Of a DNA stretch of 64,000 nucleotides, positions 35,590 to 46,170 are shown one piece after another (position 1 is the first letter of the stretch; the number at the start of each line of letters is the position of its first letter). Position numbers and translations under genes: made by a program. This DNA is from an uncultured Pseudomonadota bacterium (lineage in GTDB: Bacteria > Pseudomonadota > Alphaproteobacteria > Rs-D84). Under the pieces are notes generated by a model. That model ran no database searches. It saw only the letters and a list, made by a program, of their open reading frames with translations, and was not told the DNA's origin. Where the stretch lies: positions 861-64,860 of the forward strand of contig CASFOK010000004.1 in NCBI GenBank assembly GCA_949296475.1, written 5' to 3'.

Positions 35590-35617
35590 ATAAATAAAAC
35601 CAAACGGAGTTTTTATT

Positions 35618-38600
35618 ATGGCATACCCAAAAACAGAACCAAAAGCCGATTTTCCGAAACTGGAACAAGAAATGCTGACTTTCTGGAGAAATGATGACAC
35701 GTTTCACAAGTCTTTAAATCAAACTAAATTAGGACATCCTTTCTCGTTCTATGACGGACCTCCTTTTGCAAATAATTTGCCACATTGGGGACACTTGGGC
35801 GTTTCTGCCGTAAAAGATATGGTTGGTCGTTATCAGACCATGCTTGGAAAACATGTTGTTCGCGAACTTGGTTGGGATTGCCATGGACTGCCAGCAGAAG
35901 CATCCGTTGAAAAAAAGCAAGGCAGACAAGCAAAAGATATCGTCGCAACAGACGGTATTGCAGCATTCTGCGATATGTGCAGAAATGACGTTTTAACTTA
36001 TTCTAATGAATGGCTAAAATTTATTGAACGTATCGGTCGTTGGGTTGATGGCGGTGATGAAAAAGGCTATCGCACAATGGACAAAAATTATATGGAATCT
36101 GTTATATGGGCAATGAAAGAATTGCATAATAAGGGCTTGTTATATAAAGATTATCGTGTTAACCCGTTTGATTGGAAGTTAGGTACCGTTTTATCTAATT
36201 CCGAAGCATCTAGTGAATATCAAGACGTCGTTGATGACGCAATCACTGTTTGGTTTGAACTAGAAAACGGGGACAGAGTATTAGCATGGACAACAACACC
36301 ATGGACTTTGCCGGCAAATTCCGCATTGGCAGTAAATCTAAATATGAAATATCTTCGCATGCAAGACGAAGACGGCAGCGTTTATGTAATTGCTGAAACC
36401 AGGCTTTCTGCATATGAAAAGCAATTTGCAGCCACAAAAAAGATTGGCGAATTAAAAGGCAGTGAACTGGTCGGTAAAAAATATCGTCCTTTGTTTGATT
36501 ACTATTCAAATGACGAAACAGGTTTGTTATATCAAATTATACCCGCAGAATATGTATCTGATTCTGACGGTACTGGTATCGTTCATATCGCACCAGCTTA
36601 TGGTGAAGATGACTTCTGGGCCGCAAAAAACATTGATCCAAAGTTCCCGGTTCTATTAAATGTTGATGATTACGGTAATTTTACAGATGAGGTCAAAGAC
36701 TGGGCAGGGGAAAATATATTCGTTGCTAATCCTAAAATTATACAACACTTGCGTGATAACGGGCACTTAGTTAAGAAAGAACAATATAAGCACAGTTATC
36801 CATATGGTCCACGCAGTAAAGAAAAGTTGATTTATCGCGCAACAGATTCTTGGTATATTGACGTACCAAAAATCCGCGAAAAATTAATTGAGAATACAAA
36901 AAAACACACAAAATGGACTTCTGCTGGCGACCGCTTTTTGTCCTGGATAGAAGGTGCACGTCCGTGGTCTGTATCAAGAAATCGTTTCTGGGGAACGCCA
37001 CTGCCAATATGGGAAAAAGACGGGCAGTATAAAATCTTTGGCTCTATTGCAGAAATGGAAGAATTTTTCGGTGTGGAAATTCATGACCTGCATCGCCCGA
37101 CTTTAGATGCACTTACAAAAGACGGGTGGAAGCGTATTACAGACGTTTTAGATTGCTGGGTTGAATCTGGTTCAATGCCTTTTGCATCGCTGCATTATCC
37201 ATTTGAAAACGCAGATAAATTTGAAGCGACTTTCCCAGCCGACTATATAATAGAAGGACAAGATCAAACACGTGGTTGGTTTTATTCTTTGATGGTTTTG
37301 GCAACCGCGTTATTTGATAAGCCTGCCTTTAAGACTGTTTCTGTAAACGGTATGGTCGTTGACGATAATAAAAAGAAGATGTCTAAATCGCTTGGGAATT
37401 TCGTTAACCCAAGTGAACAAATAGAAAAATATGGCGCAGACGCGGTACGTTTATTCATATTAGGTTCAAACTTCTTAAAGGCGGAACCCGTTGGTATTGA
37501 TATGGAAGGTAAGGTCTTTACAGAATCTACAAAGACTATTCTGACACCGCTGTGGAATGCGTATCACTTCTTTACTTTATACGCAAACGCGGGAAATATC
37601 ACGGCGCAAGAAAACACAAATTCAGAAAACGTGTTGGATAGATATATCTTGGCAGAATTAAACGAGTTAATTTCTGTTGTATCCACAGCACTTAACGAAT
37701 ATAAACCAGACGTTGCAATTAAAGAATTTATAAGATTCTTGGACGTATTAAATAACTGGTATATTCGTCGTGGTCGCGCACGTTTCTGGGATGAAGAACA
37801 AGACGCTTTTGATACCTTGTATTACGTTTTAATAAATCTATGTCGCACGTTGGCGCCTTTTGCCCCATTTATCAGCGACTATATTTATAAAAACTTAACA
37901 GGAACAGACAGTGTGCATCTGCAATCTTTCCCTGTTGCACAAGAATACGACCATAAAATCGTAGACGATATGCGTCGCGTGCAATCAATCGTTTCTGTTG
38001 GTAAACAACTGCGTGAACAATATAAACTGCGCAATCGCTTGCCGCTGTCTAAGATGACGGTTGCTGGAACTGATTTGACAGAATACGCAGATATAATAAA
38101 AGACGAATTAAATGTCAAAGAAATTGAATTTACTTCTGACGTATCTAGTGTTGCAGATTCTTTTGTATATCTAATTACACCTAAGATCGGTGCAAGATTG
38201 GGTGGGGCATTAAAAGAAATCATACCTGCTGTAAAACGTGGTGAATATGAAATTTCTGGAACAAATTTGAATGTCGGTCAATATACATTAAATTCCGATG
38301 AATTTGAAAACCGCCTGACTGTTAAAGAAGGCATAACAGGTGCAGCTTTGCCTGATAATACTGCTGTTATAGTATTGGATACAGAAATTAATTCAGAACT
38401 GGTTGCAGAAGGGCTGGCAAACGATACTTTGCGCTTTATCCAAGACACCAGAAAAACTGCTGGTATGGATGTATCTGACAGGATAATATTAGAATATAAT
38501 GCAGATCCAGCATTGGCAAATGCTATTGAACAACACCGCCAACACATTATGGACGAGGCATTAATAACAAATATGTCACGTGGTGACGGAAAATATAACA

Positions 38601-38647
38601 CAGAAATAGAAGGTTATAGCTTATCTATTTCTATAAAAAAAGCATAA
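35618..38647 (+). CDS. ileS: Isoleucyl-tRNA synthetase, type 2 (eukaryote-like) form
   Basis: FYDGPPFANNLPHWGH (type-2 HIGH region) and KMSKSLGN; 1009 aa. Confidence 0.96.
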   Translation: MAYPKTEPKADFPKLEQEMLTFWRNDDTFHKSLNQTKLGHPFSFYDGPPFANNLPHWGHLGVSAVKDMVGRYQTMLGKHVVRELGWDCHGLPAEASVEKKQGRQAKDIVATDGIAAFCDMCRNDVLTYSNEWLKFIERIGRWVDGGDEKGYRTMDKNYMESVIWAMKELHNKGLLYKDYRVNPFDWKLGTVLSNSEASSEYQDVVDDAITVWFELENGDRVLAWTTTPWTLPANSALAVNLNMKYLRMQDEDGSVYVIAETRLSAYEKQFAATKKIGELKGSELVGKKYRPLFDYYSNDETGLLYQIIPAEYVSDSDGTGIVHIAPAYGEDDFWAAKNIDPKFPVLLNVDDYGNFTDEVKDWAGENIFVANPKIIQHLRDNGHLVKKEQYKHSYPYGPRSKEKLIYRATDSWYIDVPKIREKLIENTKKHTKWTSAGDRFLSWIEGARPWSVSRNRFWGTPLPIWEKDGQYKIFGSIAEMEEFFGVEIHDLHRPTLDALTKDGWKRITDVLDCWVESGSMPFASLHYPFENADKFEATFPADYIIEGQDQTRGWFYSLMVLATALFDKPAFKTVSVNGMVVDDNKKKMSKSLGNFVNPSEQIEKYGADAVRLFILGSNFLKAEPVGIDMEGKVFTESTKTILTPLWNAYHFFTLYANAGNITAQENTNSENVLDRYILAELNELISVVSTALNEYKPDVAIKEFIRFLDVLNNWYIRRGRARFWDEEQDAFDTLYYVLINLCRTLAPFAPFISDYIYKNLTGTDSVHLQSFPVAQEYDHKIVDDMRRVQSIVSVGKQLREQYKLRNRLPLSKMTVAGTDLTEYADIIKDELNVKEIEFTSDVSSVADSFVYLITPKIGARLGGALKEIIPAVKRGEYEISGTNLNVGQYTLNSDEFENRLTVKEGITGAALPDNTAVIVLDTEINSELVAEGLANDTLRFIQDTRKTAGMDVSDRIILEYNADPALANAIEQHRQHIMDEALITNMSRGDGKYNTEIEGYSLSISIKKA

Positions 38648-38657
38648 AGGATAAACT

Positions 38658-38933
38658 ATGCGTAAAACATTTTATTGGATAATAGGTGCCGCCTTTATAA
38701 TTGCTTTGTTTGGTACCGGATTTTATATCGCCAACAAAAACACAACAGACGATTTAACCATACTGCATGCCCGTGAATGTGTATGCTGTGATTCAAATGG
38801 TAATGTCTTTACACGAACGATAACGGGAAAGTATAAAACAACAAAAGAAATGGAAAAGTACCTAAAAGAATACCCATTCCCTGAACTGTGTCAACAACTG
38901 TGCAAGGATGAGTTTGCTGGATATTCTTTATAA
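38658..38933 (+). CDS. Small membrane-anchored Cys-rich protein, tandem paralog 1
   Basis: N-terminal TM, ECVCCDS and CQQLC motifs. Paralog of the next gene. Confidence 0.55.
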   Translation: MRKTFYWIIGAAFIIALFGTGFYIANKNTTDDLTILHARECVCCDSNGNVFTRTITGKYKTTKEMEKYLKEYPFPELCQQLCKDEFAGYSL

Positions 38934-38952
38934 AATATAATAAGGATACAAC

Positions 38953-39231
38953 ATGCATAAAATGCTATATTGGATTGCTGGTGCATTACTTGTTCTTGCT
39001 TTGTTTGGTGCCGGATTTTATATCGGTAACAAAAATACAAAAGGCGATTTAACCATACTGCATACCCGCGAATGTGTATGCTGTGATTCAAAAAGTCGGT
39101 TCAACCCCTTTACTGCACTTACGATAACGGGAAAGTATAAAACAACAAAAGAAATGGAAAAGTACCTAAAAGAATACTCTGACGAGTGTCAACAAGTGTG
39201 TAAGGAACTTTTATCAGGATATTCTTTATAA
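38953..39231 (+). CDS. Small membrane-anchored Cys-rich protein, tandem paralog 2
   Basis: Same architecture (ECVCCDS, CQQVC). Long stretches are nucleotide-identical to paralog 1. Confidence 0.55.
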   Translation: MHKMLYWIAGALLVLALFGAGFYIGNKNTKGDLTILHTRECVCCDSKSRFNPFTALTITGKYKTTKEMEKYLKEYSDECQQVCKELLSGYSL

Positions 39232-39232
39232 A

Positions 39233-39889
39233 ATGACGCCTGAAATTTATTTTCGCGAAGTACCGAAAACAATTGATATGAACATTCGTTCTGAACTGTA
39301 CAGCACAAATGAGTTTACTTTTGCGGTTGCCGTCATTCTGTCGGCGCAGGCAACAGATAAAAAAGTAAACGAAGTAACACCCGAACTTTTTCGTATTGCC
39401 CCCAGCCCCGCAAAAATGATAGAGCTTGGCGAAGAAGGTATAAAAAAATATATTCGCGTAATTTCTTTTTTTAATAATAAAGCCAAAAGTATTATCGGTT
39501 TATCCGAACGATTAATGGATGAAGACAATAATGCGGATGAAAATTATAAATTTCCGAAAAATTTTCACAATCGTGATGCTTTAATGAAATTGCCGGGCAT
39601 CGGACAAAAAACTGCAAATGTTGTGATGAATGTCTTGTGGGGCGCGCCAAATATTGGGGTTGATACACATGTATTCAGATTATCTCACCGATTTGGTTGG
39701 GCAGATGATTCTGATAACACACCAGAAAAAGTAGAAGAAAAACTACTTCAAAAAATACCCAAAAAGTATCATGCGATGGTAAATCATGTTATGGTTTTGC
39801 ACGGACGTTATACTTGTAAAGCCCTTCGCCCAAAATGCGCAGAATGCCCTGTGGCACGTTGGTGTAATTCCAACGATAAAAACATATAA
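39233..39889 (+). CDS. nth: Endonuclease III
   Basis: HhH-GPD motif LPGIGQKTANVV and the Fe-S cluster pattern C..ALRPKCAECPVARWC. Confidence 0.92.
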   Translation: MTPEIYFREVPKTIDMNIRSELYSTNEFTFAVAVILSAQATDKKVNEVTPELFRIAPSPAKMIELGEEGIKKYIRVISFFNNKAKSIIGLSERLMDEDNNADENYKFPKNFHNRDALMKLPGIGQKTANVVMNVLWGAPNIGVDTHVFRLSHRFGWADDSDNTPEKVEEKLLQKIPKKYHAMVNHVMVLHGRYTCKALRPKCAECPVARWCNSNDKNI

Positions 39890-40047
39890 AGAACCCGGTA
39901 AATGCCGTTTTTTTATGTCTCCTTGATTTTTTGCTTTTTTTGGTATATATTCATAGTAATCCAACAAAGGAAAAAATTCTTATAAAGTTTATAATTTTAT
40001 AACGAATATCTACTGTTGGTATAAAAAACAGAAAGAAAGGATTTCAC

Positions 40048-40779
40048 ATGAAAAAAACTATCTTTTTAACCAGTGCAATTTGTTTATTGGGTGCAAATGC
40101 AAACGCTTTTGAACTGACGCCATATGCAGGATTAAGAATCGCCGGCATATATTCAAACAATGAAACGACCGTTTTATCTGATTATTCTTTTGGCGGGAAA
40201 AAACACCATAACAACGTTATTTCCGACACAACTCATTCTGGTATTCATTTTGGCGGTCGTGCTGCTGTTGGCGCAGAAACACCAATTCCATACGGAACAT
40301 TACGTGCAGAAGCAGAATTTGGTTGGAACTCTGATTTTACAGACGACAATGATTTTCCTTTCGAAATAACAAATTTCTATACTCATAATTATGAAACAAC
40401 AACCTCTATTTATGATGCTATGTTGAATTTCTATTATGATATTAATACAGGAACAAAGTTTGTGCCTTTTGTGGGTGCTGGTATCGGTTACGCACACGTT
40501 GAAATTTCTTCTTTGGCAACAGGTAATATACCTGGTGGCGTTTTAGACATAGAAATAGACTCAAAAGCTGATAATTTGGCTTGGAATGTTGGTGCTGGTG
40601 TATCTTATAATTTAAACGAAAATCTCGCATTTGATATCGCATATCGGTATACAAATTATGGCAGCGTAACAGATAGTGCAGCAGAAAACATTCTAAACTT
40701 GGGTAAATTATTGTATATAAACGGTGATATTGACGTATCTTCACATGAAGTTATGATCGGGGCTCGTTATAAATTCTAA
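40048..40779 (+). CDS. Outer membrane beta-barrel protein (OMP_b-brl/porin-like)
   Basis: Signal peptide ending ANA, alternating beta-strand pattern, and C-terminal GARYKF. Confidence 0.7.
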   Translation: MKKTIFLTSAICLLGANANAFELTPYAGLRIAGIYSNNETTVLSDYSFGGKKHHNNVISDTTHSGIHFGGRAAVGAETPIPYGTLRAEAEFGWNSDFTDDNDFPFEITNFYTHNYETTTSIYDAMLNFYYDINTGTKFVPFVGAGIGYAHVEISSLATGNIPGGVLDIEIDSKADNLAWNVGAGVSYNLNENLAFDIAYRYTNYGSVTDSAAENILNLGKLLYINGDIDVSSHEVMIGARYKF

Positions 40780-40786
40780 AAGCACT

Positions 40787-40815
40787 AAAAAAGCCGGTGT
40801 TTACCGGCTTTTTTA
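40787..40815. terminator. Bidirectional terminator between the OMP gene and pheT
   Basis: A6-GCCGGT-GTTT-ACCGGC-T6. Confidence 0.6.
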
Positions 40816-40819
40816 TTCT

Positions 40820-43123
40820 TTATTTATCGCGAATTTTTGCGTTACATTTCTTTTCAACGTTTTCTATGACAGCGTCTTGGATTTTTAATAAATCATCGTC
40901 TGACATATTTGAATCGGGAATAATAGTTATTGTAAATGCAATTGACTTCTTGCCGTCACCCATATCAAACGCGTCAAAGACGACAACCGCTTGTATACGC
41001 TTGTCCGTAGACATCGCAACACCAGTTAATTTTTCTGCTGGAAAATCTGAATCTACGATAAATGCAAAGTCACGACTTATCGGTTGAAAATCGCTAATCA
41101 CAGGTTCTTTGCACTTTTTTGCCAAAGGTACATTTTCTACATCATCTATTATTGCAATCATAACAGGTGTTTTTATTTTCAATCTGCGTGCAACAGATGG
41201 GTGTAATTCACCGAATTCAGCAATTTTCTTTTTACCCTGATAAATTGCACCATATCTGAATGGATGTGCCCACAGCGGTGCATTGTCAGTGCTGACCGTG
41301 AAATTCTGTCCGTGCATCAATGCAATTAAATCCGCCTTTACATCATATATGTCACGAACCCGATTTCTATGTTGCCAATGTTTAGGCGATGTATTGCCCG
41401 TACGAACGACACATATTTGTGTATGTTGCTGACCCGGCATATCACCGTCAAAAACCGTTCCTAATTCAAACATATTTAAATCCGGATATCCGCGTTTTTC
41501 ATTTTCTGACACAAAACTTAATAACGTGCCCAGCAAACCATTTCTTGCTGTATCCATAGTATTTATAATAGGATTCGCAATTTTTATGATTGTTTTATCT
41601 GACAATAATTCTTCTATTTTTGAATTACCGAAACTATATGACTTAACCTCGTTCAAACCACGGGCGGCCAATTCCTTTTTTAACCACATATAAAAATCTT
41701 TATGTGGCACGGCGCTTGCTATTTTGTGTTTTGCAACCTTGGATATATTGTCATAACCATATATTCTGATTAATTCGGATATAATATTTTCAGGTAAAAC
41801 AATATCAACGCGCGCCGACCTAGGCACAATTGTCCACGCGGTTTTTGTTTCTGTTATTTTAAACCCAAGCCCTTCAAGAATCTCGCGCTGACGAGAACTT
41901 TCCATATCAACGCCTATTTTTTTCTTGAACAAATCCGGACTGTATCGTATAGCACGCGTTTCTTTTGGTATTTCCCCACCAATTCCCGTACCAACTATTT
42001 TTCCACCACAGGCTTCCATTATTATTTTTGCTGCTTTTGCCAAAGCAATACCCGTAATAGTTGGGTCTATACCGCGTTCATATCTATATGAAGAATCTGT
42101 TGATATACCGATACGTTTGGAAGTCTTGCGAACAGAAACGGGGTTAAAATACGCGCTTTCTAAAATAATATTTTTCGTATTATCTGTCGTCATGCCACGC
42201 GCACCGCCAACAACACCCGCCAACGCAAGAATTCCTTTATCATCCGCGATGACCATATCTGTATCAGATAAATCATGCTCGTTACCGAATAAATCTGTAA
42301 ATTTTTCGCCTGTCCTAGCGCTGCGAACAGTTATATCACCAACTATTTCATCCGCATCAAAACAATGCATAGGCTGTGCCATATCATAACAAATATAATT
42401 CGTTGCATCTATCGGGGCATTTTTAGGATTTATACCAATTGCTGCGAGCCGCGATTTTATCTTGCTGGAACTTGGCCCGATTTTTATATCGTGTATTTCA
42501 CAGAACTGATATACAGGACACTTATCTGTTTCTATTTTTATTTTTCTTTGACCTGTTACAGGCGCCAAAACGTCGTCTTTTGGTATAATATATTCACCGA
42601 TTCCACATGCCGCTAAATCGCGTGCGATTCCGCGTACTGCCAAATAATCGGGTCGGTTTGGCGTAATACCCGCATCAAAAATAATTTCTGAGGGTAATAT
42701 TTGTGAACCTATTACTGTATTTTCAGGCAACTCAATAATACCGCTGTGGTCGTCGTTTATACCTAACTCGCGACCGCTGCACATCATGCCGTCGGACAGA
42801 ACACCACGTAATTTACCGCTTTGTATTTCATGACCTTCTATTACGCAGCCGGGTTTCGCCAGCGCAGACATCAATCCAATGCGCGCGTTTGGTGCACCGC
42901 ATACAATCTGACGAAGTTTTCCACTGCCGTCATCAACTTTTAATACGTGTAAATGGTCGCTATTTTCATGCGGTACGCATTCAACAATCTTTGCTGCAAT
43001 CGGTGAGATAGGTTCTATTAAACCTTCAACTTCCAACCCGGTACGCGTCAGTGTATCCGCAATCAAAGACGCATCCGCATCTGTTTTTAAGTAATCTTTT
43101 AACCAATCATAAGTCCATTTCAT
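40820..43123 (-). CDS. pheT: Phenylalanyl-tRNA synthetase beta subunit
   Basis: 767 aa with an N-terminal tRNA-binding OB domain, B3/4, B5 and FDX-ACB domains. Adjacent to pheS. Confidence 0.95.
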   Translation of the reverse strand: MKWTYDWLKDYLKTDADASLIADTLTRTGLEVEGLIEPISPIAAKIVECVPHENSDHLHVLKVDDGSGKLRQIVCGAPNARIGLMSALAKPGCVIEGHEIQSGKLRGVLSDGMMCSGRELGINDDHSGIIELPENTVIGSQILPSEIIFDAGITPNRPDYLAVRGIARDLAACGIGEYIIPKDDVLAPVTGQRKIKIETDKCPVYQFCEIHDIKIGPSSSKIKSRLAAIGINPKNAPIDATNYICYDMAQPMHCFDADEIVGDITVRSARTGEKFTDLFGNEHDLSDTDMVIADDKGILALAGVVGGARGMTTDNTKNIILESAYFNPVSVRKTSKRIGISTDSSYRYERGIDPTITGIALAKAAKIIMEACGGKIVGTGIGGEIPKETRAIRYSPDLFKKKIGVDMESSRQREILEGLGFKITETKTAWTIVPRSARVDIVLPENIISELIRIYGYDNISKVAKHKIASAVPHKDFYMWLKKELAARGLNEVKSYSFGNSKIEELLSDKTIIKIANPIINTMDTARNGLLGTLLSFVSENEKRGYPDLNMFELGTVFDGDMPGQQHTQICVVRTGNTSPKHWQHRNRVRDIYDVKADLIALMHGQNFTVSTDNAPLWAHPFRYGAIYQGKKKIAEFGELHPSVARRLKIKTPVMIAIIDDVENVPLAKKCKEPVISDFQPISRDFAFIVDSDFPAEKLTGVAMSTDKRIQAVVVFDAFDMGDGKKSIAFTITIIPDSNMSDDDLLKIQDAVIENVEKKCNAKIRDK

Positions 43124-43142
43124 CTTATGCCTCGTTCTTAAT

Positions 43143-44090
43143 TTAAAATCCGGCGTTTTTTAACCAACGAATATCACCGTCGTAAAGTTTTCGTAAATCG
43201 TTTAGTCCATACTTTAACATCGCAAGTCTGTCCCAGCCAAAACCAAACGCAAATCCTTGATATTCTTCTGGATTTATGCCGCAATTACGTAAAACATCAG
43301 GGTGTACCATACCGGCCCCCATCAGTTCTAACCATTTATCACCACGCCATTTCATATCTACTTCTATGCTTGGTTCGGTAAAAGGAAAGTAAGACGGGCG
43401 AATACGTAATTCAACATTGTCCATTTCAAAAAATCTTTTCAAAAATTCTTGTACATCACCGATTAAATCAGTCATCGTCACATCTTTATCAATATACAAG
43501 CCTTCTATCTGATGAAACATAGGACCATGCGTTGCGTCCATTTCTTTACGATATGTTGCACCTATACCAAACATCTTTATCGGCGCCCCTTTCTTTTCCA
43601 TGCTGCGAATCTGAATTGCAGATGTCTGCGTGCGCATAACGTTTCCATTCGGTAAAAAGAATGTATCTTGCATGTCGCGAGCAGGGTGATGCATAGGAGT
43701 ATTCAAAGCCGTAAAGTTATGCCAATCATCTTCTACCTCTGGTCCGGTCCATAATTCGTAACCGAATGATTCAAGTATTGAAGATATGTCAGCCAAAGCA
43801 TGAGTTATCGGATGTAAAGTACCCGTATTTTCTGGTTCAGGGTTCAAAGATACGTCCAACTTTTGTTTTTGTAGGCCTGCCATCAATGCCTGCTGTTCCA
43901 GTTCAGATTGACGAACTTTGAATAATTCGCGCAAAGTTGAATTCTCTTTATTAAGTTCCGCGCGCGCGTCGTTATCCAAATTTTTCATTTCTTTCAATCG
44001 CGCCGTCATCGTCCCGTTTTTACCGAAGGTAGCAACGTACAATGCCTGTAAATCTTCCAAAGTTTTAATGTTTTTTATTTGTTCTTGCAT
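43143..44090 (-). CDS. pheS: Phenylalanyl-tRNA synthetase alpha subunit
   Basis: Class II motifs (HPARDMQDTFF, FRPSYFPFTEPS, GFAFGFGWDRL). Start trimmed to the ATG after AAGGTGG. Confidence 0.95.
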   Translation of the reverse strand: MQEQIKNIKTLEDLQALYVATFGKNGTMTARLKEMKNLDNDARAELNKENSTLRELFKVRQSELEQQALMAGLQKQKLDVSLNPEPENTGTLHPITHALADISSILESFGYELWTGPEVEDDWHNFTALNTPMHHPARDMQDTFFLPNGNVMRTQTSAIQIRSMEKKGAPIKMFGIGATYRKEMDATHGPMFHQIEGLYIDKDVTMTDLIGDVQEFLKRFFEMDNVELRIRPSYFPFTEPSIEVDMKWRGDKWLELMGAGMVHPDVLRNCGINPEEYQGFAFGFGWDRLAMLKYGLNDLRKLYDGDIRWLKNAGF

Positions 44091-44106
44091 GGATTCCACC
44101 TTAAAA

Positions 44107-44133
44107 CATAAAAAGCCGTCAATAGACGGCTTT
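44107..44133 (-). terminator. Hairpin plus T-run between rplT and pheS (terminator/attenuator)
   Basis: Minus strand AAAGCCGTC-TATT-GACGGCTTT followed by TT. Confidence 0.45.
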
Positions 44134-44165
44134 ATCATACAAAATAAAACACCTGCCGCCAAGGC

Positions 44166-44534
44166 TTATTTAGCATCGGCAGAGATAAATCGTTTTGCAG
44201 TATCAATCAGTTTTGTGAAATTAGCGTCACCAGCATACGCCATTTCTGCCAAGACCTTGCGGTCTAATGTAACGCCTGCTTTCTTTAAACCATTCATGAA
44301 CTGGCTGTATGTCATACCATTACTACGCACGGCAGCGTTTATACGAACAATCCACAAACCACGAAATTCACGTTTTTTAACGCGACGATCGCGATATGCA
44401 TATTGTCCCGCCTTTTCAGTTTTTTCACGCGCAGCACGATATGTTGTACTGTGACGACCCAAATACCCCTTGGCACGGGCCAAAATCTTGTTATGTTTTT
44501 GTTTTACGGTTGTTCCGCGTTTAACTCTTGCCAT
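44166..44534 (-). CDS. rplT: 50S ribosomal protein L20
   Basis: [18 protein letters not shown]... conserved L20 sequence. Confidence 0.95.
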   Translation of the reverse strand: MARVKRGTTVKQKHNKILARAKGYLGRHSTTYRAAREKTEKAGQYAYRDRRVKKREFRGLWIVRINAAVRSNGMTYSQFMNGLKKAGVTLDRKVLAEMAYAGDANFTKLIDTAKRFISADAK

Positions 44535-44547
44535 AATCTACCCCCTT

Positions 44548-44751
44548 TTATTTCAATCCATATGGGGCCAAGATTTTTGCCTGACCGACCATGTTTTCAT
44601 TCAGATACTGTGGCTTTGACCCAGCGTTATTTGCACGCTTGGATTTATGACGTAACAGTTTCTTGTGGGCATTTCTGGCAACGCGAATTTTACCGGTCGC
44701 TGTCATAGATGCGCGCTTTTTTAAGTACGACTTTGTTTTTAATTTTGGCAT
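44548..44751 (-). CDS. rpmI: 50S ribosomal protein L35
   Basis: MPKLKTKSYLKKR... conserved L35 N-terminus; 67 aa. Confidence 0.9.
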   Translation of the reverse strand: MPKLKTKSYLKKRASMTATGKIRVARNAHKKLLRHKSKRANNAGSKPQYLNENMVGQAKILAPYGLK

Positions 44752-44893
44752 TTTTTACCTCTTTCTTAATACCTTATGGCAATGCCATTGCCATTTCGGC
44801 TTTGTTTAACACATGCGTTATTCTGGCATAATAAAAAGAAAAATCAAGTTTTTATTGAATGTTGCTCTTTTAGAGTTTACACTACCCATTAAT

Positions 44894-45715
44894 ATGAGCC
44901 AAAATAAATTATCTTCAAGATTATATACAATCATTAAATCTGCCGTTGCAGCAGCGATATTGCCCATACTATTTATATATATAATGATTGCCAAACCCGA
45001 TTATAAAATAATGAATGGTTTGGCACATATAATTCTGCCCGTGGCACATTGGACCGGTAACATAATAACTTGGCCGGTTCGTGCCGTTGGTAACGCAATT
45101 GATAACATCAGGGAATTATCAACTTTGCGAACGGAAAACGAAGAACTGCGCGTAAGATTGGACGAGGCGCTTAAAACCAAAACCACATGTGAAATCGCAG
45201 TATTAGAAAACCAAAAACTTGCGCGCGAACTGGATATTATTGAATCTAACATACGCGATTCTTTGATTGCAGATGTTATATACGACGATTCCGCCTTTCA
45301 TCATAGTACCTTTCTTATTAACAAGGGTGTTAAACAAGGTTTAGAAAAGGGTATGGTTGTAACATCTACTGATGGCGTGTTGGTCGGTATTATAACTGAT
45401 GTTGCGCCGCATTTTTCACGCGTACGCGCTTTGACAGATTCAAATACAAATATTCCGGTGCGCGTTGTTGGCTCGGAAGTTTATGGTTTTATGCAAGGCA
45501 ACGGTTCCAGCACACCAACGATGGGATTTTTTAGCGATCCAGAATTCCAACCTTCTGGCGGTATTAAATTGGTTACAAGTAATATAAGCGGCGTCTTGCC
45601 AAACGGAATACCAGTCGGTGAAATGCAAAACGAAACAGATGTAAGTGTATTACCACCAAAACAATTATCACGTGTGGTTGTATTAAAATTTGATACACAA
45701 GACGAATATAAATGA
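44894..45715 (+). CDS. mreC: Rod shape-determining protein MreC
   Basis: N-terminal TM, coiled coil (ENEELRVRLDE), and beta-barrel domains. Start uncertain: ORF-track ATG 44813 versus ATG 44894. Confidence 0.85.
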   Translation: MSQNKLSSRLYTIIKSAVAAAILPILFIYIMIAKPDYKIMNGLAHIILPVAHWTGNIITWPVRAVGNAIDNIRELSTLRTENEELRVRLDEALKTKTTCEIAVLENQKLARELDIIESNIRDSLIADVIYDDSAFHHSTFLINKGVKQGLEKGMVVTSTDGVLVGIITDVAPHFSRVRALTDSNTNIPVRVVGSEVYGFMQGNGSSTPTMGFFSDPEFQPSGGIKLVTSNISGVLPNGIPVGEMQNETDVSVLPPKQLSRVVVLKFDTQDEYK

Positions 45716-46170
45716 AAAATAAAATAATAAATTTTCTGCGCGACGCGTTTCCTTTTATCGCCGTGATAGTGTTATGGCGATTATCTGTTGCGTTCTGGAA
45801 TCCTGCAGGCATTCTGGCAATAATACCTATATTTTATTGTTCGTTTGTACGCCCTATACCTTGGTTTGCACCATTTGCCGCTATTTTTTGTTTTTTAATA
45901 GATTACAGGTTTGATTCGCTGGTGTTTTGGACTGTTATGTATTGCCTGTTTTATGCAATAATCGGGTTTCAAAGTATCATTGATTTATCAAAACAAGATA
46001 ATAACGCGCTAAAAATATTTATGGTATTTTTTGGTATATCACTGCTTATATTATCTTTTATGAACTTTAATGTATCAAACCTGATACGTGCTGGATGGAC
46101 GTTTGCATGGGTATCAACGCTTTACATACCTGTAACTGCTTTAATAAAAAGGGTGTGCGATGATAGATAA
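45712..46170 (+). CDS. mreD: Rod shape-determining protein MreD
   Basis: 152-aa polytopic membrane protein located between mreC and mrdA. Confidence 0.7.
   Translation: MKNKIINFLRDAFPFIAVIVLWRLSVAFWNPAGILAIIPIFYCSFVRPIPWFAPFAAIFCFLIDYRFDSLVFWTVMYCLFYAIIGFQSIIDLSKQDNNALKIFMVFFGISLLILSFMNFNVSNLIRAGWTFAWVSTLYIPVTALIKRVCDDR

Noticed and set aside
43918-44454. 178-aa plus-strand ORF
   Set aside because: It is antisense to the pheS 5' end and to rplT, making it a shadow ORF.
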